NCBI GenBank assembly: GCA_963768655.1 | Contig: CAVYIM010000004.1 | Coordinates: forward strand, 767,784 to 831,783 | Origin: an uncultured Chloroflexia bacterium | GTDB taxonomy: Bacteria; Chloroflexota; Limnocylindria; Limnocylindrales; CSP1-4 | Direction of reading: 5' to 3' | DNA length: 64,000 bases | Shown: in pieces, positions 1 through 8,271 of the stretch | How the letters are laid out: each line of letters begins with the position of its first letter | Numbering within the stretch: the first letter of the stretch is position 1 | Made by a program: the position numbers and the translations under genes | Notes under the pieces: model-generated | Database searches by the model: none | Seen by the model: the letters and a program-made list of their open reading frames with translations, nothing else | Told to the model about the DNA's origin: nothing

Positions 1-171
1 CAGGAACTTGACCCTCTCCAGGAGCGGGTTTCGGTCGTCCCCGGCCTCGAACAGGACACGCCGGTTGAACTCGAGCGAGCTGAGCTCGCGATTGATGTAC
101 GGGAACTCGGGGCTCGCCTCGTGCGGGGGCGAGCTCTTCGGTGTCGAGTCCCTGCGAACGATTGCCGTCAC
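1..171 (-). CDS. ppk1: Polyphosphate kinase 1, N-terminal part (runs off the window start)
   Basis: Manual minus-strand translation from GTG at 171: [57 protein letters not shown], the PPK1 N-terminal signature (NRELS.LEFN.RVL...PLLER.KFL). Not in the ORF track. Confidence 0.9.
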   Translation of the reverse strand, partial: MTAIVRRDSTPKSSPPHEASPEFPYINRELSSLEFNRRVLFEAGDDRNPLLERVKFL

Positions 172-372
172 TTCACCCCGCGCACTCGTGGCGCCGCTGT
201 TTGCCCGGCGCCGCCGTTACCTGGCGCCGCCACCTGGCAGCGCGACAACTCATCTGGCCGCGCCGCGTATCGGCCCATTCTCGTCAGGCGCGCGCCGGGC
301 GCAATAGGGAGGCTCCCCGGCGCGCAGCGCGGGCCCATCGTGCCGCCGCGACGCGGACGCGGGTCGTCCCCG

Positions 373-720
373 TCAGCCTTCGGCGCGGTACCTCCGCTCC
401 CCGGTCCGTGGATCCACGAAGACCCGCATGCGACGGCGGCTCGTCGGGTCGAGGAAGACCTCGTTCGTCGGCAGGAAGCGCGGCTCGAGCAAGCCGTCCT
501 CGCCACCGCCCGGGCCCGGCTCCTCACGTGTGACATCGGCCGAGTCGGAGCGATAGCGCGAGCGCTGCAGAACGGCCACGATCATGATGGCCGCCCCCAG
601 GATGATCGCCTCCACGCCCGTGGCCACGTCCGAGCCGCCGGTCGAGGCGGCGGCGAACCCGCCGAGGATCAGCAGCGCTCCAATTCCAAAGGCGAGCCAC
701 CTTATCCACGAGGACAGCAT
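373..720 (-). CDS. Hypothetical membrane protein (two predicted TM helices, C-terminal PTNEVFLDPTS..MRVFVDPRTGERRY)
   Basis: ORF with AGGAGG RBS, two hydrophobic segments and typical codon usage. Confidence 0.75.
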   Translation of the reverse strand: MLSSWIRWLAFGIGALLILGGFAAASTGGSDVATGVEAIILGAAIMIVAVLQRSRYRSDSADVTREEPGPGGGEDGLLEPRFLPTNEVFLDPTSRRRMRVFVDPRTGERRYRAEG

Positions 721-834
721 TCAACCCTCCTGGCCCGGCTCCGGAGATCTCGGCCGCCTCTGTGCCGGCGGCGCCACTCCAGGCATGCGGAAGGGACGGC
801 GCCGTCGGCAGCTCGGACTCGCGAACGGGACCGA

Positions 835-1179
835 CTACTCGACGGCCGGCTTTGCGTTCGCGTCGGGGACGACGACGACCGCGGTCCCGTAGGCCACGAT
901 CTCGGACATCGACGTGCCGATCTCGGACGAGTCGAAGCGCATCGAGATGACCGCGTTGGCGCCCATCGTCGTGGCGTTCTGGACCATTCGGTCGAGCGCC
1001 TGGCGCCGCGTGTCCTCGAGCAGCTCCGTGTACTCGTGGATCTCGCCACCAACGAGCGAGCGGAGGCCGGCCGCGAAGTTGCCGGCGAAGCCGCGGCTTC
1101 GGACGACCAGGCCGAAGACCTGTCCCTTGACCTCGGTGACCCGATAGCCGGCCAGATAGGGTGTCGTGGCGACGATCAT
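835..1179 (-). CDS. YbjQ/UPF0145 family protein
   Basis: MIVATT...GQVFGLVVRSR...GLRSLVGGEIHEYTELL..TRRQALDRM...GANAVISMRFDSSEIG...EIVAYGTAV; GAAGGAG RBS before the ATG at 1179. Confidence 0.93.
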   Translation of the reverse strand: MIVATTPYLAGYRVTEVKGQVFGLVVRSRGFAGNFAAGLRSLVGGEIHEYTELLEDTRRQALDRMVQNATTMGANAVISMRFDSSEIGTSMSEIVAYGTAVVVVPDANAKPAVE

Positions 1180-1229
1180 GCGATCTCCTTCGATAGTCGT
1201 TTGGCCCACATTCCTGCGTCGAGGCTAGC

Positions 1230-1580
1230 CTAAGACCGACGGCGAGAAAGTGCGGTGCATTCGGCACAGGGACAGTTCTCGCGGAGCGATTCGAACGTGT
1301 AGTAGCCGGTGTCGTGGCCGTCGGCCCAGGTTGGGGCCAGCGCGTAGGCGCCGATCAGCCTCACGTCCGTGAGCTGGGTCTGGATCGAGGTGAGCGTCGG
1401 GTTGGTGTCGAGCCAGCCCGGCCGGCCGGCCTCGCCCTGGCAGAAGGCGCACGGACAGAGCAGGCGAAGGGTCTCCGCGTCGAACTCGCTGCGGTGGCCG
1501 TCGGCCCATTCGATCGTCAGGCGTCCCGCCGTCCGATCGACGTTGATGTTCACTGGCTTGCCCGCCGGGCTCAGACTCAT
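1230..1580 (-). CDS. DUF971 / gamma-butyrobetaine hydroxylase-like N-terminal domain protein
   Basis: LTIEWADGH.S.F....LRLLCPCAFC...GAYAL..TWADGHDTGYYTFESLR. Confidence 0.9.
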   Translation of the reverse strand: MSLSPAGKPVNINVDRTAGRLTIEWADGHRSEFDAETLRLLCPCAFCQGEAGRPGWLDTNPTLTSIQTQLTDVRLIGAYALAPTWADGHDTGYYTFESLRENCPCAECTALSRRRS

Positions 1581-1731
1581 GCTTCATTCTAGGTGCGGCG
1601 TCGTGGGGGACGCCGCGACGCGTGAACACGGGGCAGGGAGCGGTCCAGCCTCCTGGCTCTCACCAGAACAGACTTCGTCACGCTCGCGCCGGGTTCGGTC
1701 ACCGCTGAGCCCCACGGCCGCATGGCGGCCC

Positions 1732-1776
1732 TGTAAAGCTGGCTTGACAGTGATCGGTTGTCAAGCTAACTTGACA
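1732..1776 (+). promoter_or_regulatory. Sigma70-type promoter overlapped by two palindromic operators
   Basis: TTGACA (1744-1749), 17 bp, TAACTT (1767-1772), ATG at 1780. Palindromes TGTAAAG-N4-CTTGACA (1732-1749) and TGTCAAG-N4-CTTGACA (1759-1776). Confidence 0.85.
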
Positions 1777-1779
1777 GTC

Positions 1780-1980
1780 ATGCAGAACGACGTCCGAAAA
1801 CTCCGCGAGGATCGAGCCCTCAGCCAGGGCGACCTGGCCAGGCACCTGGGCGTCTCGCGCCAGACGGTGAATGCGATCGAAACCGGACGTTATCTGCCAT
1901 CTTTGCCGCTCGCGTTCGCCATCGGGCGGTTCTTCGGACGGGCGGTCGAGGAGGTCTTCCATGACGACAGGCATGAATAG
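1780..1980 (+). CDS. XRE-family helix-turn-helix transcriptional regulator (66 aa)
   Basis: MQNDVRKLREDRALSQGDLARHLGVSRQTVNAIETGRYLPSLPLAF..IGRFFG..VEEVF. Confidence 0.93.
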   Translation: MQNDVRKLREDRALSQGDLARHLGVSRQTVNAIETGRYLPSLPLAFAIGRFFGRAVEEVFHDDRHE

Positions 1981-2347
1981 GTGGCTCGTCCCGGCGGTCG
2001 GGTTCGTGATCGGTCTGCTGATGTCGGCCGCCTTGCTTGGCAAGCATGCGGCCCCGTGGCAGGCGGTCCTGACATTCGCGATCGTCGCCGGGTACGCGCT
2101 GGGCCTGCGTCTGCTGCAGTCGAAGAGCGAAACGGCCAGCCTGCTTTCCGGGCTGCCGGTGGACGAGCGCTGGGAGTCCATCAACGACCATGCTCTGGCA
2201 CTGGCGGCCCAGGCTGTAGCGGTGATCCTTTTGGTCGCGTTTCTGGTCACACAGTTCGGGGGAGGCGATGCGATGCCGTATGCCTGGGTCGGAGCGGCGT
2301 TCGCGATCGTCTACCTCGGCGGGATCATCTGGTACAAGTTCCGGTAG
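1961..2347 (+). CDS. Small membrane protein (DUF2178-like, DER motif)
   Basis: GAGGAGG RBS, four hydrophobic segments, PVDERWESINDHA motif; typical neighbour of this XRE class. Confidence 0.75.
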   Translation: MTTGMNRWLVPAVGFVIGLLMSAALLGKHAAPWQAVLTFAIVAGYALGLRLLQSKSETASLLSGLPVDERWESINDHALALAAQAVAVILLVAFLVTQFGGGDAMPYAWVGAAFAIVYLGGIIWYKFR

Positions 2348-2420
2348 CGAACGTCCGCAGGACGGTCGTCCCCGGGCCGGCTGGGCTCGTCCGGGCGGCG
2401 CGTCCCGATTGGGAGTGGCC

Positions 2421-3365
2421 ATGTCTCTGGTGATCGACTCGGTCTACAAGCGCTTCGGCGACGTCCAGGCCCTCGACGACGTGTCCCTGGAGATCAAGCC
2501 GGGCGAGGTGTTCGGCTTCCTGGGCGCCAACGGCGCGGGCAAGACGACCGCGATGCGGATAGTCCTCGACATCCTGCGGCCGGACTCGGGAACGATCGCC
2601 TGGAACGGCAGGCTCAACACGGAAGTCCCGCGCGACACCTGGGGCTACCTGCCCGAGGAGCGCGGACTGTACGCGAAGATGAAGGTCCTCGAGCAGCTCG
2701 TCTTCTTCGCCAAGCTCCACGGCGTGAAGCCCCGGAAGGCCGAGCAGGAGACGCGCGACTGGCTGGAGCGCTTCCGCATCCCGGAGTACGCCGACAAGCG
2801 CGCCGAGGAGCTCTCCAAAGGCAATCAGCAGAAGATCCAGTTCATCGCCGCGATCCTGCACGACCCGCAGGTGCTGCTGATGGACGAGCCGTTCACCGGC
2901 CTGGACCCCGTCAACGCGGCGCTTCTCAAGGAGGCGTTCCAGGAGATGAAGGAGCGCGGCAAGACCATGCTCTTCTCGACGCACCAGATGGACACGGTCG
3001 AGGAGCTGTGTGAGTCGATCGCCATCCTGGACCGCGGCCGCGTCGTCGTCGGGGGCACCGTCCGCGACGTCCGCCGCTCAACGGGACGCCAGGTAGTTCG
3101 GTTGGCCGTGGAAGGCGACTCCGACATCGATTGGCTCGGGACCCTGGACGGGGTTCGCGTCACCAGGCGCGGCCAGGACTACACCGAGGCGGAAGTTGCC
3201 CGGAGTCATGACCCCGCCACCGTCCTGCAAGCCGCCCTGGCACGGGGCTGCAAGATCCGCCACTTCGAGATCGCCGACCCATCGCTGGAAGAGATCTTCA
3301 TCGAGCACGTCGGCCAGATCGACACCAGTGAGCGAACGCTCGCTCCTCGGGGGACATACGCATGA
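2421..3365 (+). CDS. ABC-2 type exporter ATP-binding subunit (NatA/YhaQ-like)
   Basis: Walker A GANGAGKTT, signature LSKGNQQK, Walker B LLMDEPFTGLD. Confidence 0.95.
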   Translation: MSLVIDSVYKRFGDVQALDDVSLEIKPGEVFGFLGANGAGKTTAMRIVLDILRPDSGTIAWNGRLNTEVPRDTWGYLPEERGLYAKMKVLEQLVFFAKLHGVKPRKAEQETRDWLERFRIPEYADKRAEELSKGNQQKIQFIAAILHDPQVLLMDEPFTGLDPVNAALLKEAFQEMKERGKTMLFSTHQMDTVEELCESIAILDRGRVVVGGTVRDVRRSTGRQVVRLAVEGDSDIDWLGTLDGVRVTRRGQDYTEAEVARSHDPATVLQAALARGCKIRHFEIADPSLEEIFIEHVGQIDTSERTLAPRGTYA

Positions 3366-4660
3366 ACGGCTGGCGCACGCTCTTCCCCAACGCCTGGTAC
3401 ATCTCCGCCCGCGAGTTCCGAAGCCGGGCCAGGAGCCGGAGCTTCGTCATCGGCACCGTTCTGCTGGCGGTGATCGCCTTCGCGGCAACGCAGCTGCCGG
3501 TCCTGATCGATTTCGCGATGAGCACGAGCCAGACTCGCCTGGAGGTGGTCAGCGCCCCGGACATGCCGTCCGATTCGCCCGCCACCCTGACCGCGGAGCT
3601 CGATGGCCAGGCCACGTCGGCCACCCAGCCGCCGTTCGTCGTCACCTGGCTGCCGCAAGGAGACCTTTCGTCGGCTCAGGCGGACTTGAAGCGGGGCGAA
3701 TTCGATGCTCTCCTGATCGTCTCCCGTGATCCAGTCACCAGGAACCTCGGTTTCACGCTCCAAACCGACCTCGCCGCGGACGGACAGGTCGTGGGGACCA
3801 TCAACTCCGCGGCGGACTGGCTCGCGCTCGACGACGGCCTGGCCCGCGCCGGAACCTCTATCGGCGCGGTGCAGGCGACGCCGTTCAAGGTGGAGCCGGT
3901 CAATCCATCGGCCGGTGCCGCCAACAGCGTCAGCCAGGAGGTCTCCACCAATCTGCTGTCGACCGGGCTGATCGTGCTGATCTTCATGGCCATCGTGACC
4001 TATGGCATATGGGTGGCGATGAGCGTGGCCGAGGAGAAGGGCAGCCGTGTCATGGAGCTGATGCTCAACGCTACGACGCCGCTCCAGATGCTCGCCGGCA
4101 AGGTGATCGGGAACGGGGCGGCCGGACTGACGCAGTACGGCATCATCCTGGCCGCGGTGGTCGGCGGCCTGCTGGCCGAGGGTCCGATTCACCGGGCAGT
4201 TCTGGGCTCCGGATCGAGTGCTCCGTTCGGCGGGCTCGATCCCGTGACGCTGGTGGCCTTCGCCGTGCTGTTCGTGCTCGGCTTCTTGTTCTACTCGCTC
4301 CTGTACGCGGCTCTCGGGTCGCTCGTGAGCAGGCAGGAGGACGTCCAGAGCGCCACGTCGCCGCTGATGATGCTGATCTTCCTCGGCTACTTCATGTCGA
4401 TCTTCGCCCTTCAGGCGATCGATGAAACGTGGGTCAAGGTCGCGTCGTTCGTGCCGTTCTTCAGCCCATACCTGATGCTGGCGCGGGTCTCGGCCGGCCA
4501 CGTGGCTCCCTGGGAGTTCGCCCTGGCGGTCGTCTTCCTGCTGGCCGGCATCGCCGTTGCGCTCGTCGTGGCGGCGCGCATCTACAGCGCGGGCGTTCTG
4601 CTCTACGGCCAGCGCCTCGGGCTGCGCCAGGTCCTCAAGGCGGCCCGCGTCTCGCGCTAG
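3362..4660 (+). CDS. ABC-2 type exporter permease (NatB/YhaP-like)
   Basis: SVAEEKGSRVMELML...LAGKVIG motif, multiple TM helices, ATGA overlap with the ATPase. Confidence 0.93.
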   Translation: MNGWRTLFPNAWYISAREFRSRARSRSFVIGTVLLAVIAFAATQLPVLIDFAMSTSQTRLEVVSAPDMPSDSPATLTAELDGQATSATQPPFVVTWLPQGDLSSAQADLKRGEFDALLIVSRDPVTRNLGFTLQTDLAADGQVVGTINSAADWLALDDGLARAGTSIGAVQATPFKVEPVNPSAGAANSVSQEVSTNLLSTGLIVLIFMAIVTYGIWVAMSVAEEKGSRVMELMLNATTPLQMLAGKVIGNGAAGLTQYGIILAAVVGGLLAEGPIHRAVLGSGSSAPFGGLDPVTLVAFAVLFVLGFLFYSLLYAALGSLVSRQEDVQSATSPLMMLIFLGYFMSIFALQAIDETWVKVASFVPFFSPYLMLARVSAGHVAPWEFALAVVFLLAGIAVALVVAARIYSAGVLLYGQRLGLRQVLKAARVSR

Positions 4661-4735
4661 GAAGCGGGGAGCGGCCGGGCGGCGGCGCCGCCACGCTAGA
4701 CCGGCGGCCCCGAGCCCGAGCGGCGCGAGGCGACG

Positions 4736-5461
4736 TCAATCGTCGAACGGCAGCCGCTGGATGAGGGCCAGGACCGGCCGCGTCGGAGCGATCGGATCGG
4801 GCAACAGGTGGAGCGGCACTTCGCCGGGCTGCGTCGGAATCCAGCGCCACAGGTCGCTGCGGCGGCCGGGCAGATACGGGCTGCGCAAGTGGCGGGCCAT
4901 GACTCCGGCAAGTCCTTGCTGCGCGACTGCGGAATGCAGGTCGAGGCCGTCGCTCACGACGCCCGGCACCACGATCAGCTCGGGGCTGGGCGTCACGACC
5001 TTCGCCAGGTGCTCGCGGCGCTTCAGCAGCGGCTGGGCGACGAGCGGCCGCCCGCCGGCCCAGAGCAAGTCGAAGACGAGATAGACCGGGCTCAGGCCGG
5101 TGGTCTGCCCATCGGCCAGGCGTCCCGCCAGTGCCTCGTGGTCCATCCGGCCGGCCCGGTCGGGCACGACCAGCTCGCCGTCCAGGATCGCCGGCGGCTC
5201 GCCGACGAGATCAGCGATGTAGGCCAGCTCCGGAAGATGCGGCGCCAGATCGCGTCCCTCGGCATCCAGCAGTCGTAGGGTCGGCCTGCCCGGGCGCCCC
5301 GGCTCGATGAATGCCAGCGCCCGCCGGCCGCCCCAGCTCGGCTCGAAGACGTGGTCGACCGAGTCGAACGGCGCCTCCGCCGACCTGGGCATCATCGGCC
5401 GCAGTGTGCGCGGGAGGCGCGCCACGTCCCCGGTGAGGCTCAGGTTCAGCTGGTCGGACAC
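4736..5461 (-). CDS. ATP-dependent DNA ligase (LigD/LigC) adenylation-domain homolog with substituted catalytic motifs and no OB domain
   Basis: LRPMM..., FEPSWGGRRA (canonical FEPKWDG.RA), ILDGELV, YLVFDLLW, PLLKRRE.L, GLAGVMAR..SPY.PGRRS..WRWI (canonical GLEG.MAK...W.K.K). Confidence 0.8.
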   Translation of the reverse strand: MSDQLNLSLTGDVARLPRTLRPMMPRSAEAPFDSVDHVFEPSWGGRRALAFIEPGRPGRPTLRLLDAEGRDLAPHLPELAYIADLVGEPPAILDGELVVPDRAGRMDHEALAGRLADGQTTGLSPVYLVFDLLWAGGRPLVAQPLLKRREHLAKVVTPSPELIVVPGVVSDGLDLHSAVAQQGLAGVMARHLRSPYLPGRRSDLWRWIPTQPGEVPLHLLPDPIAPTRPVLALIQRLPFDD

Positions 5462-5612
5462 CTCTCGATGGTACGCCCCGGCGCCAGTGCGGCCGCCGGC
5501 GATCGGCCCGAGGCGCAGCGGCTCGGACGGCGGGCGCCTTGACGGGGCAAGGGGCCTCGCCCACGATCACGGCAGACCGCGCGGGGCGCACGGAGGGCCG
5601 TGTGGAGCCCGG

Positions 5613-5819
5613 ATGGGCTGGGAGACCAAAGACGCGGCGGCCGACTGGGTGCTCCCGCGCCTGCCTCCGGAGCACCGGCCGGTCCTCGAGCACGCCCGGG
5701 CGATCTACCTCGGCGACGCGGCAGACGAGTGGGGCGATTTGCGGCCGCGAGTTCGGCCGCACGTCGATCGCGTCCTCGGCGAGATACAGCGCCTGCGGGT
5801 ACAGGGCGACGAGGTTTGA
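5613..5819 (+). pseudogene. C-terminal fragment of an aminoglycoside adenylyltransferase (AadA/ANT, DUF4111-like)
   Basis: KDAAADWVLPRLPPEHRPVLEHARAIYLG...W..LRPRV..HVDRVLGEI resembles the AadA C-terminal helices; no N-terminal nucleotidyltransferase domain upstream. Confidence 0.7.
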
Positions 5820-5822
5820 GGC

Positions 5823-6809
5823 TCAGTACTCGTCCGGGACGAAGTGCTGGCTGAAGATCGGCGGGCGGATGTAGCCCTCCTCGGTCTGGCGGGGCGGCAG
5901 CTCGATCTTCGGCTCGACGATGTCCTCGTACGGAATCATGCTCAGCAAGTGCCGGATCGTGTTCAGGCGGGCGCGCTTCTTGTCGTCGGCGGCGACGACC
6001 CACCAGGGGGCTTCGGGGATGTCGGTCGCGGAGAACATGGCGTCCTTGGCCCGCGAGTATTCGACCCACTTGGCGCGCGACATCACGTCCATCGGCGATA
6101 GCTTCCAGTGCTTGGTGGGATCGGCGAGGCGGTCCTGGAATCGCTTCTCCTGCTCCTCGTTGCCGACCGAGAACCAGTACTTGAGCAGGATGATTCCCGA
6201 GCGCAACAGCAGCCGCTCGAACTCGGGGCAGGAGCGCAGGAACTCCGCGTACTCCTCCTGCGTGCAGAAGCCCATCACGTGCTCGACGCCGGCGCGGTTG
6301 TACCAGCTGCGGTCGAACAGCACCATCTCGCCGGCGGCGGGGAGCTGGGCCACGTAGCGCTGGAAATACCATTGCGTCTTCTCGCGGTCGGTCGGGGTGC
6401 CCAGGGCGACGACACGGCAGACGCGAGGGTTGAGCGGCGCCGAGATCGTCTTGATCGCGCCGCCCTTGCCGGCAGCGTCGCGGCCCTCGAACAGGACTAC
6501 GACCTTGAGACCGCGGGACTTGATCCACTCCTGGAGCTTGACCAGCTCGACGTTGAGGCGGGCCAGCTCCGTCAGGTAGAGCTTGAGCTCGAGCTTCTTG
6601 CGCGTCTCCTGGCGGTAGTCGCCTTCGGGGGTCAGCTCTGGGGCCGGGCGCGCGGCATGGGCCTTGGCGGCCGCTCGGGCGAGGGCGCGCTCCCGCGCCA
6701 CGACAGAGGCCGCGGCGGACACGGCCGCCTTGTTGAAGTCGCCGGGATCGGGCGGGGCCGGTGTCGGACGGACGCTCGCCCGGTGTTGTTCGTGTTGACG
6801 CTTAGCCAT
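5823..6809 (-). CDS. ppk2: Polyphosphate kinase 2 (class I)
   Basis: FEGRDAAGKGG, WYFQRY, FDRSWYNRAGVEHVMGF, WKLSPMD, DDKKRARLN. Confidence 0.96.
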   Translation of the reverse strand: MAKRQHEQHRASVRPTPAPPDPGDFNKAAVSAAASVVARERALARAAAKAHAARPAPELTPEGDYRQETRKKLELKLYLTELARLNVELVKLQEWIKSRGLKVVVLFEGRDAAGKGGAIKTISAPLNPRVCRVVALGTPTDREKTQWYFQRYVAQLPAAGEMVLFDRSWYNRAGVEHVMGFCTQEEYAEFLRSCPEFERLLLRSGIILLKYWFSVGNEEQEKRFQDRLADPTKHWKLSPMDVMSRAKWVEYSRAKDAMFSATDIPEAPWWVVAADDKKRARLNTIRHLLSMIPYEDIVEPKIELPPRQTEEGYIRPPIFSQHFVPDEY

Positions 6810-6942
6810 CGACAGCTCCCTGGTGGGCAAAGGAGACGTCGGCGACCGGTGCCGGCTTCCGTAGCGTAGCGCGACGCGGCGGCGATGCTCAAACGTCGTT
6901 CGCGTGAGTGAGCTGTGCGGGTGGCCGCTAACATCTCATCCA

Positions 6943-8190
6943 ATGCGCTGGCTGCGAGCACTGTATGTCTCCAACGGCCTGGCCATCGGCGCGCTGTACG
7001 GCTTCGTGCCCGTCCTGCTGCAGTCGAGGGGCTTCGACCCGGCCCTGATCGGCCTGACGACGGGTCTCGGCTCGCTCGCGTACGCGATCGCCCTGCCGGC
7101 CTGGGGCCACATGGGCGACATCGTCAGCGGCCCGCGCCGCACGCTGCAGCTGGCCTGCATTCCGGCGGCCATCTTCGCCATCGGCCTCAGCGCACCGATC
7201 CCGGCGATCGCCATCATCTTCTGCCAGCTGGTGATCAGCGCCGGCGGGGGGCCGACCCTGGCCCTGACCGATGCCATGGCCGTGCCAACGCTGGCGAATG
7301 CCTCGCGCGAGTACTCGAGGCTCCGGCTTCTGACAAGCCTGGGCGCGGCCAGCGCAGCCGTCGGTTGCGGTTTCCTCTACGCGCAGACGGGCTACCTGGC
7401 CGCACCGTTCGTGTACTTCTTCACCATGGCGGCGACCGTGGTCTGCGTCATGTTCGTGCCGCTCGGCCGCGACAGCGAACGCCGCCGCATGGCCCGCAGG
7501 GCCGCCGAAGGGCGCGCCCAGGCTGCTCCGGTGCGCGGCCGGTTCGGTTCCGTCGGGGAGGCCTTCAAAGTCGAACCGCGGCTCGTCGGCGTCCTGGTCT
7601 CGGTCACGCTCGTCTTCCTTGGCTGCATGTCCGCGGCCACCTACATCACCATCAGGATCGCCGACCTCGGGGGCGGGCCGGTCGAGGTCGGCCTCTCGAA
7701 TGGCCTCGGCTCGGTCGCGGAGGTCCCGGGCCTCATCCTGGCTGGCTGGCTCGCGAGCCGGATCGGGATTCGGATCGTCCTGGCGGTCTCGGCAATCGGA
7801 TTCGCGGCCTGCATGATGAGCTGGATCGTCCTCGTCGGAGCCGGCCCGATCCTGGCCACTCGCTTCGTGTCGGGGATCTTCTTCGGGGGGATCTTCTTCT
7901 CGTTCGTGTTGACGATGGCGAGGATGCTGCCGGTGCGCCTTCAGGCCACGGGCCAGACGCTCTTCCAGGCGGCGTGCTTCGGTGTCGCGGCCATCGTCGC
8001 GAATCTCGGCGGCGGGGTCCTGTATACCCTGGCAGGTCCGCTCGGGGTCTTCGGCGTCGGCGGGGTCTGCGCGATCGCGGGCGGGCTGGTGGGCCTGGCC
8101 GTCCTGCCCGGGGCCTCCGCGGCGAGTGCCAACGCTGGGGCCAGCGCGGCTGCGGAGCCGGCTCTTCCGCCGTCCCCATCGACGACCTGA
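6943..8190 (+). CDS. MFS transporter
   Basis: About 12 hydrophobic helices in two halves; WGHMGD motif; RLQATGQTLF. Confidence 0.88.
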   Translation: MRWLRALYVSNGLAIGALYGFVPVLLQSRGFDPALIGLTTGLGSLAYAIALPAWGHMGDIVSGPRRTLQLACIPAAIFAIGLSAPIPAIAIIFCQLVISAGGGPTLALTDAMAVPTLANASREYSRLRLLTSLGAASAAVGCGFLYAQTGYLAAPFVYFFTMAATVVCVMFVPLGRDSERRRMARRAAEGRAQAAPVRGRFGSVGEAFKVEPRLVGVLVSVTLVFLGCMSAATYITIRIADLGGGPVEVGLSNGLGSVAEVPGLILAGWLASRIGIRIVLAVSAIGFAACMMSWIVLVGAGPILATRFVSGIFFGGIFFSFVLTMARMLPVRLQATGQTLFQAACFGVAAIVANLGGGVLYTLAGPLGVFGVGGVCAIAGGLVGLAVLPGASAASANAGASAAAEPALPPSPSTT

Positions 8191-8271
8191 CCCGCCCGCC
8201 CTGACGCCCGGTGCGCCTCCGTGCCTCAGGACCCGGTACCATGCCGTCAGCGGCGCGACGGAGGAGGATCC

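Noticed and set aside
1583-1730. GC-rich hairpins as SRP, 6S or another ncRNA
   Set aside because: No diagnostic conserved motif was found, and hairpins are expected at this GC content.
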